Source of the DNA: Octopus sinensis | Lineage: Eukaryota | Length of the DNA: 64,000 nt | Assembly (NCBI RefSeq): GCF_006345805.1 | Contig: NC_043006.1 | Coordinates: 71,982,001 to 72,046,000, forward strand | Reading direction: 5' to 3' | Translations under genes and position numbers: made by a program | In this document: piece after piece, positions 61,801 through 64,000 of the stretch | How positions within the stretch are numbered: position 1 is the first letter of the stretch | Layout: every line of letters begins with the position of its first letter | The notes under the pieces: generated by a model | What the model saw: only the letters and a program-made list of their open reading frames with translations | The model's database searches: none | Told to the model about the DNA's origin: nothing

Positions 61801-62862
61801 CTCTCTAATTTTAATGTTTTTTTTATATATGGAATATATGTGTTAATGATGGTGGTTGTGGCAGTGGTGAGATGTACACATGCTTGTGTACACATACCTG
61901 CCTACAAGCACACGTTAATGTCCATACATATCTCAGTATATACATGTCTATTTCCAGACGACAACATTCCTGAATGCTCTGTCCCAGCTGTGTCACAACT
62001 CCACCTCTCTGGCTCATTCCATCTGGATGGACCTCTTCCCACGTATATGGAAGATTTTATCAGAAAAACAACAGCAGGTAAGCTTCTGCTTGTATCCTCT
62101 TCATTAACAGGCTGATATTACACGGCAGATCTTGGGCTTTTATTTGCAGCATTCTCCCAGTCTGGTTACAGGTAGATCAATGTAATTAAAGTAAAAGTCA
62201 TATATGATGATATATTCATATATATGTGTGTGTTAGATAAAGATAGCTATGGCTGGTCTACGGGGTTACCCTGGATTTCATGTCCATAAAGCACTTGGCT
62301 TTACAGCTTCTCTTCAGACCCTAATGGTTGGTGGCCTATAACCTCTCTTCAAAGTGGAGGTTATAGGCTACCAGCCATTAGGGTCTAAAGAGATGCTATA
62401 AAGCTAAGCACTTTAGGGTAGCCCCATAGAAGTTTTACAAAAAGAAGAATGGTGGAGTGATTGTGACTTTGAAGTTTTAGCCTGTGAGCCTTTATTGGAT
62501 TGTCTGTCAAAGGTATTGTTGGTGCAGTGGTAGTAATGTAGTTTGTGTTGGTCGAATTATTGAGTTGGTGTCATGTGTAAAGAGGCCCTGTTACATATCT
62601 GGTGTGTTATTATATCACTCTTTCACCTTCTGTAGGGATGCAGTGTATGTGCACCTATTGTTATTTGTCAGCAGTTGTCATTAGGTTCTCACCTTTGATC
62701 TTCTTTCTTGCTACCCAGGTATTGGCAGGTGAACTTGCTCCATTCTCAGCCAGTGGAAGCCATGTTGTCCAGAAAGATTGCCAACCTAGTGCAATGCACA
62801 CCTTCCTCGAGTCTCTGTCTTTGTGTGTGCCTCCAATTCCTATTCGCCCTGTGGTGTTGAGG
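47..62862 (+). CDS. TRRAP: TRRAP (transformation/transcription domain-associated protein; Tra1/Nipped-A orthologue), partial spliced CDS: 48 exons, 1976 codons, open at both ends
   Basis: Exons bounded by AG/GT (one GC) join in frame without stops (5928 nt). Peptides match vertebrate TRRAP as I recall it, e.g. [115 protein letters not shown]. Confidence 0.98.
400..990 (+). mobile_element. Degenerate LINE 3' fragment (CR1/L2/Jockey-group RT C-terminal region)
   Basis: Broken frame reads LSW*THI...[42 protein letters not shown], matching the LY..VRP.LEYCSHIW motif, with stops and frameshifts. Ends approximate. Confidence 0.7.
1642..1798. mobile_element. Possible hAT-like MITE
   Basis: GC-rich 157-bp island with CAGGG...CCCTG ends and imperfect TIRs. 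No clear 8-bp TSD. Confidence 0.35.
2465..2503 (+). CDS. TRRAP: TRRAP exon 2 (39 nt)
   Basis: ttccag|[13 protein letters not shown]|gtaaga. Confidence 0.93.
2553..3485. mobile_element. piggyBac-like TTAA MITE (~220-bp family) interrupted by nested insertions
   Basis: ttaa|cccttggcatttaaac...aatgctaatggc|ttaa. Other copies at 32068-32922, 37882-38101, 42851-~43003, 45998-~46214 and 51476-~51593. Confidence 0.65.
4273..4369 (+). CDS. TRRAP: TRRAP exon 3
   Basis: [32 protein letters not shown]; AG/GT, ends phase 1. Confidence 0.96.
4654..4751 (+). CDS. TRRAP: TRRAP exon 4
   Basis: [33 protein letters not shown]; AG/GT. Confidence 0.97.
6424..6797. mobile_element. Unclassified non-autonomous DNA-element candidate
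   Basis: 11-bp imperfect TIR ttatctcaagc / gcttgagaaaa. CpG-richer than flanks; internal agccaatcag. Confidence 0.35.
6974..7139 (+). CDS. TRRAP: TRRAP exon 5
   Basis: [55 protein letters not shown]; AG/GT. Confidence 0.97.
7330..7496 (+). CDS. TRRAP: TRRAP exon 6 (followed by GC donor)
   Basis: [56 protein letters not shown]|gcaagt. Confidence 0.95.
8230..8319 (+). CDS. TRRAP: TRRAP exon 7
   Basis: [30 protein letters not shown]; AG/GT. Confidence 0.97.
8706..9135 (+). mobile_element. Abundant tRNA-derived SINE (head gtggctgtgtggtaag...ggttcagtcccactg) with microsatellite body and RTE-type (GAT)n tail
   Basis: Pol III A/B-box-like head. Related copies at about 12406, 12833, 16612, 19095, 23220, 26466, 31690, 45000, 49420, 51905, 53665 and 56620 (+), and 35420, 37380, 38750, 50540 and 61440 (-). 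Confidence 0.8.
9263..9373 (+). CDS. TRRAP: TRRAP exon 8
   Basis: [37 protein letters not shown]; AG/GT. Confidence 0.97.
9671..9760 (+). CDS. TRRAP: TRRAP exon 9
   Basis: [30 protein letters not shown]; AG/GT. Confidence 0.93.
10656..10877. mobile_element. piggyBac-like TTAA MITE, second family (222 bp)
   Basis: ttaa|cccttttgatacc...gtaacaaaaagg|ttaa with TTAA on both sides. Inverted copy at 59915-60134. Confidence 0.75.
11280..11431 (+). CDS. TRRAP: TRRAP exon 10
   Basis: [50 protein letters not shown]; AG/GT, ends phase 2. Confidence 0.93.
12128..12228 (+). CDS. TRRAP: TRRAP exon 11
   Basis: [34 protein letters not shown]; AG/GT. Confidence 0.94.
12833..13550 (+). mobile_element. tRNA-derived SINE carrying nested RTE-tail (12986-13150, minus) and Penelope-like (13161-13323) insertions
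   Basis: Head ggtgcaggagttgctgtgtggttag. Body resumes at ~13330 and ends aaagaataaaaaga. Same 3' part at 19095-19470 (+), 49950-50200 (-) and 61190-61420 (-). Confidence 0.75.
13161..13323 (-). mobile_element. Penelope-like pLTR fragment with hammerhead-like motif, inserted in (TA)n
   Basis: Minus strand reads ...cctttctgtcgaagagcataggctcgaaacgtaaaagac..., flanked by TA repeats. Family assignment comes from knowing that Penelope-like elements carry minimal hammerheads. Confidence 0.55.
14370..14465 (+). CDS. TRRAP: TRRAP exon 12
   Basis: [32 protein letters not shown]; AG/GT. Confidence 0.95.
14741..14827. repeat. 22-bp minisatellite, about 4 units
   Basis: taatacctccttgttgagaatg / taatactcccttgatgagaatg / 23-nt C/T-rich variant ending gagaatg / taatactttcttgttgaata. 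Confidence 0.85.
15800..15975 (+). CDS. TRRAP: TRRAP exon 13
   Basis: [39 protein letters not shown]...LGSQER; AG/GT. Confidence 0.96.
16499..16584 (+). CDS. TRRAP: TRRAP exon 14
   Basis: [28 protein letters not shown]; AG/GT. Confidence 0.97.
16762..17320. mobile_element. Palindromic mariner derivative made of two 3' ends (fold-back MITE)
   Basis: TA|cgagggtgagtcaaaaagt TIR. Arm 16771-17016 is the reverse complement of 17075-17320. Right arm encodes a transposase C-terminus: [51 protein letters not shown]. Confidence 0.85.
17408..17628 (-). mobile_element. Mariner-derived MITE (~220 bp)
   Basis: ~30-bp TIRs (aaggggtggtgtaaagttccaggcttt / aaagcaaggaatttttcagcagcctctgta). Minus strand encodes mariner C-terminus [21 protein letters not shown]. 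Confidence 0.8.
18746..18857 (+). CDS. TRRAP: TRRAP exon 15
   Basis: [38 protein letters not shown]; AG/GT. Confidence 0.96.
20379..20558 (+). CDS. TRRAP: TRRAP exon 16
   Basis: [23 protein letters not shown]...[16 protein letters not shown]; AG/GT. Confidence 0.96.
20780..21405 (+). mobile_element. RTE-clade LINE 3' end: ORF C-terminus, 3' UTR with 66-nt tandem repeats, (GAT)n tail
   Basis: [37 protein letters not shown] (20780-20893), then UTR ending ggatgttaaaacgatgatgatg. Shorter 3' fragments at about 1190, 2120, 3150, 14838, 18200, 35570, 39700, 44110 and 63660 (+), and 12986, 51595, 53485, 56330 and 60868 (-). Confidence 0.85.
21483..21553 (+). mobile_element. Small RTE reverse-transcriptase C-terminal fragment
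   Basis: [22 protein letters not shown] resembles the R.LRW.GHV.R motif. Confidence 0.55.
21911..22150. repeat. Long inverted repeat: 75-bp arms, 4 mismatches, structured 90-nt centre
   Basis: 21911-21985 is the reverse complement of 22076-22150. Inner perfect 14-bp hairpin at 21987-22020. Confidence 0.95.
22501..22650 (+). CDS. TRRAP: TRRAP exon 17
   Basis: [50 protein letters not shown]; AG/GT. Confidence 0.97.
22933..23019 (+). CDS. TRRAP: TRRAP exon 18
   Basis: [29 protein letters not shown]; AG/GT. Confidence 0.97.
23350..23412. repeat. Compound (TA)n(CA)n microsatellite
   Basis: Seen directly. Similar tracts at about 11895, 25010, 27020, 46845, 54130 and 57955. Confidence 0.95.
24090..24186 (+). 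CDS. TRRAP: TRRAP exon 19
   Basis: [32 protein letters not shown]; AG/GT. Confidence 0.96.
24718..24839 (+). CDS. TRRAP: TRRAP exon 20
   Basis: [41 protein letters not shown]; AG/GT. Confidence 0.96.
25040..25954 (+). mobile_element. Internally deleted, non-functional mariner transposon with intact ends
   Basis: TA|ttgtgtcatcccataaataatgc...gcattatttatgggatgacccaa|TA. Pseudo-ORF from ATG 25223: [19 protein letters not shown]...[26 protein letters not shown]...HSTIH, then [21 protein letters not shown]...[12 protein letters not shown]. Confidence 0.92.
26709..27012 (+). mobile_element. CpG-rich tRNA-derived SINE
   Basis: Head ggaggcgcaatgacccagtggttagg...ggtttcgattccc has A/B boxes and no CCA stem. 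Related minus-strand copy at 32121-32411. Confidence 0.8.
27246..27416 (+). CDS. TRRAP: TRRAP exon 21
   Basis: [57 protein letters not shown]; AG/GT. Confidence 0.96.
27683..27766 (+). CDS. TRRAP: TRRAP exon 22
   Basis: [28 protein letters not shown]; AG/GT. Confidence 0.92.
28038..28157 (+). CDS. TRRAP: TRRAP exon 23
   Basis: [40 protein letters not shown]; AG/GT. Confidence 0.96.
28616..28735 (+). CDS. TRRAP: TRRAP exon 24
   Basis: [40 protein letters not shown]; AG/GT. Confidence 0.96.
28901..28993 (+). CDS. TRRAP: TRRAP exon 25
   Basis: [31 protein letters not shown]; AG/GT. Confidence 0.94.
29212..30360. mobile_element. piggyBac-like non-autonomous element with nested repeats
   Basis: ttaa|ccctttcaagacca ... 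tggtattgaaaggg|ttta; TIRs match except for one base. Confidence 0.55.
30418..30620. mobile_element. Tigger/pogo-like MITE (203 bp)
   Basis: TA|tagtaatccctcg ... caagggattactg|TA. Confidence 0.75.
30972..31091 (+). CDS. TRRAP: TRRAP exon 26
   Basis: [40 protein letters not shown]; AG/GT. Confidence 0.94.
32068..32922. mobile_element. piggyBac-like MITE with two nested SINEs (32121-32411 and 32568-32891, both minus)
   Basis: TTAA at both ends. 13-bp TSD tttattcacattg (32108-32120 / 32412-32424) and 7-bp TSD gttggat (32561-32567 / 32892-32898). Confidence 0.85.
33534..33593 (+). CDS. TRRAP: TRRAP exon 27 (60 nt)
   Basis: tttctttaaaag|[20 protein letters not shown]|gtaagt. Confidence 0.9.
34967..35034 (+). 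CDS. TRRAP: TRRAP exon 28
   Basis: [22 protein letters not shown]; AG/GT, ends phase 2. Confidence 0.93.
36372..36483 (+). CDS. TRRAP: TRRAP exon 29
   Basis: [38 protein letters not shown]; AG/GT. Confidence 0.94.
36810..37125 (+). mobile_element. tRNA-derived SINE with central cttgagtaagacactttatttc...ccagtccactcagc domain
   Basis: B-box gagttcgattcc. Central domain shared with copies at 46337, 52095 and 57725. Confidence 0.7.
37567..37656 (+). CDS. TRRAP: TRRAP exon 30
   Basis: [30 protein letters not shown]; AG/GT. Confidence 0.94.
37882..38101. mobile_element. piggyBac-like MITE, near full length (220 bp)
   Basis: ttaa|cccattagcattt...aatgctaaagag|ttga. Confidence 0.75.
39295..39542 (+). 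CDS. TRRAP: TRRAP exon 31
   Basis: [41 protein letters not shown]...SPHIHDAAN; AG/GT. Confidence 0.97.
40480..40633 (+). CDS. TRRAP: TRRAP exon 32
   Basis: [52 protein letters not shown]; AG/GT. Confidence 0.98.
40801..40908 (+). CDS. TRRAP: TRRAP exon 33
   Basis: [36 protein letters not shown]; AG/GT. Confidence 0.97.
41690..41831 (-). mobile_element. Abundant short tRNA-like SINE family (aaggcggcgagctggcagaatcg type)
   Basis: CpG-retaining minus copy. Plus copies at about 5745, 5970, 6200, 58910 and 60449; minus copy at 48350. Confidence 0.7.
42193..42266 (+). CDS. TRRAP: TRRAP exon 34
   Basis: [24 protein letters not shown]; AG/GT. Confidence 0.97.
42601..42764. mobile_element. Tc1/pogo-like MITE
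   Basis: TIR taccatattttaacgtgtataa / ttatacacattaaaatacgg. Confidence 0.7.
43525..43624 (+). CDS. TRRAP: TRRAP exon 35
   Basis: [34 protein letters not shown]; AG/GT. Confidence 0.97.
44759..44857 (+). CDS. TRRAP: TRRAP exon 36
   Basis: [33 protein letters not shown]; AG/GT. Confidence 0.95.
46337..46660 (+). mobile_element. Full-length tRNA-derived SINE (same family as 32568-32891)
   Basis: Head tagcttagtggttaggg...gagttcaattc; 3' part gatcaactggaac...gacagagtacc. Confidence 0.8.
47009..47098 (+). CDS. TRRAP: TRRAP exon 37
   Basis: [30 protein letters not shown]; AG/GT. Confidence 0.93.
48097..48272. repeat. Near-perfect hairpin: 77/78-nt arms, 21-nt loop
   Basis: 48097-48173 is the reverse complement of 48195-48272 apart from one G-U pair and one small internal loop. 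Confidence 0.97.
48786..49001 (+). CDS. TRRAP: TRRAP exon 38
   Basis: [50 protein letters not shown]...FLLGIM; AG/GT. Confidence 0.97.
50235..50536 (-). mobile_element. LTR-retrotransposon LTR (302 bp, Gypsy/BEL-like) with adjacent PBS-like sequence, nested in a SINE
   Basis: Ends tgttgtat...atacaaca (TG..CA, 8-bp inverted). TATAAATA and aatata signals. On the minus strand ctggc follows the LTR end. The host SINE is split at caaat (50206-50210 / 50540-50544). Confidence 0.55.
50788..51020 (+). CDS. TRRAP: TRRAP exon 39
   Basis: [46 protein letters not shown]...GLNNYE; AG/GT. Confidence 0.98.
53234..53397 (+). CDS. TRRAP: TRRAP exon 40
   Basis: [47 protein letters not shown]...; AG/GT. Confidence 0.97.
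54262..54440 (+). CDS. TRRAP: TRRAP exon 41
   Basis: [60 protein letters not shown]; AG/GT. Confidence 0.97.
55373..55515 (+). CDS. TRRAP: TRRAP exon 42
   Basis: [47 protein letters not shown]; AG/GT. Confidence 0.97.
55530..55795. repeat. C/T-rich low-complexity tract with 19-bp ccctccctcttttctcccc repeats
   Basis: Seen directly; starts just after exon 42. Confidence 0.9.
56009..56111 (+). CDS. TRRAP: TRRAP exon 43
   Basis: [35 protein letters not shown]; AG/GT. Confidence 0.97.
57216..57703 (+). mobile_element. Non-autonomous Helitron (488 bp)
   Basis: A|TCtatatatataaaa 5' end. 3' GC-rich degenerate hairpin ccgagcacgcgggc then CTAG|T. A/T insertion site with no TSD; many CpGs. Confidence 0.85.
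58083..58193 (+). CDS. TRRAP: TRRAP exon 44
   Basis: [37 protein letters not shown]; AG/GT. Confidence 0.97.
59298..59480 (+). CDS. TRRAP: TRRAP exon 45
   Basis: [39 protein letters not shown]...GNKDE; AG/GT. Confidence 0.94.
59915..60134. mobile_element. piggyBac-like TTAA MITE, inverted copy of 10656-10877
   Basis: ttaa|cacttttgttac...ggtatcaaaacgg|ttaa. Confidence 0.75.
60267..60416 (+). CDS. TRRAP: TRRAP exon 46
   Basis: [50 protein letters not shown]; AG/GT. Confidence 0.93.
61958..62077 (+). CDS. TRRAP: TRRAP exon 47
   Basis: [40 protein letters not shown]; AG/GT. Confidence 0.96.
62258..62429. mobile_element. Palindromic TA-flanked MITE-like hairpin
   Basis: TA|cggggttaccct...agggtagcccca|TA. 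Inner arms 62288-62345 / 62357-62414. Confidence 0.65.
62719..62862 (+). CDS. TRRAP: TRRAP exon 48 (last in window)
   Basis: [48 protein letters not shown]|gtaagt. Confidence 0.97.
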
Positions 62863-63659
62863 GTAAGTACAATATCTCATTTAGTTTTTTTTTTTAATTT
62901 GTCTGGTGAACAGAAAGCTATGTTGTCTGTCTGTGTATGCGTTTGTTTATCTTTGTCTCCGCAGAATTTTTGTATGTATATATCTATGTGTATTGAGGGT
63001 AAGTAGTTGTGTTGTCTCACTGGGTGATTGGGGCTTAGTAATAATTTTGTTTCTCTGTATATATTTTTGTCTCATCTGTCAGTGTATTCCTATCTGTGTG
63101 TGTCTGTGTACATATCTTAAGTATATTACATCTGTTTTTGTGGCAATAGAAGACATATTAGTAATTACTGTAACATTCCTGTATTTTACACACATACATA
63201 CTTTATTTTTATATGTTCTGGTATTCACCATTGACCATGTTTCCTTCTCAGTTTGCAGGGAAGATACATTAGTAATCTAGTCTTAAGATACATGACATTT
63301 TAGCTATTGACACCTCTAGCCTGAGTAATTCAATCAATAATTGTCAATAAAAGACATGATGGTCATGAATGAAATCTTTTTGGTCATAGATCTGCTGGAT
63401 CAGGACTAACCTGGGGTTAAGTAACAACTTACCAACAGATAATAAGGGTATAATAAATACCCTTGCAAGAATGTCCATCCTACTTCATGTGTCAGCAATA
63501 GCCTCTATATAATTGCTAAATCTTCTAGAAATAGTGACAAAATGCCTCACGTGAATATCTACATCTTAAATATGAAGGGATGCATTAGGTAGGGTTTGGT
63601 CACAGAAAACACTGTTCCAACATACTTTCATCTGACCCGTGAAAACATGGAAATGATGA

Positions 63660-64000
63660 CGTTAAAAAGAGGACCCCTTCAAGCCAAGTGCACCTGTGCT
63701 GGTAGCATGTAAAAATTCAACCTTTGAACGTTGGGCTTCATGGAGGCAAAATGGCTGAGTTCCTTTTGAGCGTTGGGCCTCATGGAGGGAATGTGGCCGA
63801 GTTCCTTTCAAGTGGAAGCATTGACCAAGACCTTTGGCATTATGTTGTACTTGAGAAGAAGACCCATGAAGCTGAGCAAAATCATAGTCATGGCAGATAC
63901 TGGTGACACACAAGTTGCACATAAAAGCATCCATTACACACTTGGAGTGGTTGGCATTAGGAAGGGCATCCAGCAGTAGAAAACCATCCCAAATCAAACT
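63660..64000 (+). mobile_element. RTE LINE 3' fragment with internal ~41-bp tandem duplication, runs off window end
   Basis: gaacgttgggcttcatggaggcaaaatggctgagttcctttt is repeated; gaccaagacctttggcattatgttgtacttgagaag; ttggcattaggaagggcatccagc. Confidence 0.75.

Noticed and set aside
824-63997. Most ORFs in the supplied six-frame track
   Set aside because: They are short, low-complexity translations of microsatellites and SINEs, or read-through extensions of real TRRAP exons. There is no sign of a second host gene on either strand.
47-64000. Homologue of the scaRNA hosted in vertebrate TRRAP introns (SCARNA28, U2-U47 guide)
   Set aside because: By eye I found no U2-antisense element (ACTGATAAGAA) next to a D box. 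An Infernal search would be needed to exclude it.

Overview
AT-rich, repeat-dense animal genomic DNA. The repeat families and microsatellite load look like Octopus or another coleoid cephalopod (inference). The whole window lies inside one + strand gene, TRRAP (Tra1/Nipped-A orthologue, scaffold of the SAGA and NuA4/TIP60 complexes). I traced 48 coding exons from 47 to 62862 (5928 nt, 1976 codons) that splice in frame with no stops. They encode the central HEAT-solenoid region. The start codon and the FAT/pseudokinase C-terminus lie outside the window. One intron is GC-AG. The introns carry tRNA-derived SINEs, RTE LINE 3' ends with (GAT)n tails, a CR1/Jockey-group LINE remnant, piggyBac-like TTAA MITEs, several Tc1/mariner derivatives, a Helitron, an LTR and a Penelope-like fragment. 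The most notable items are a variant minimal hammerhead-ribozyme-like motif (13251-13286, minus strand), four long intronic fold-backs (16771-17320, 21911-22150, 48097-48272, 62258-62429), a 32-nt palindrome with back-to-back TATA boxes in the LTR, a candidate 34-nt poison exon, and the apparent absence of the vertebrate NLS-bearing segment. No CRISPR array, rRNA or true tRNA gene was seen. All coordinates were counted by hand. No database search or folding program was run.
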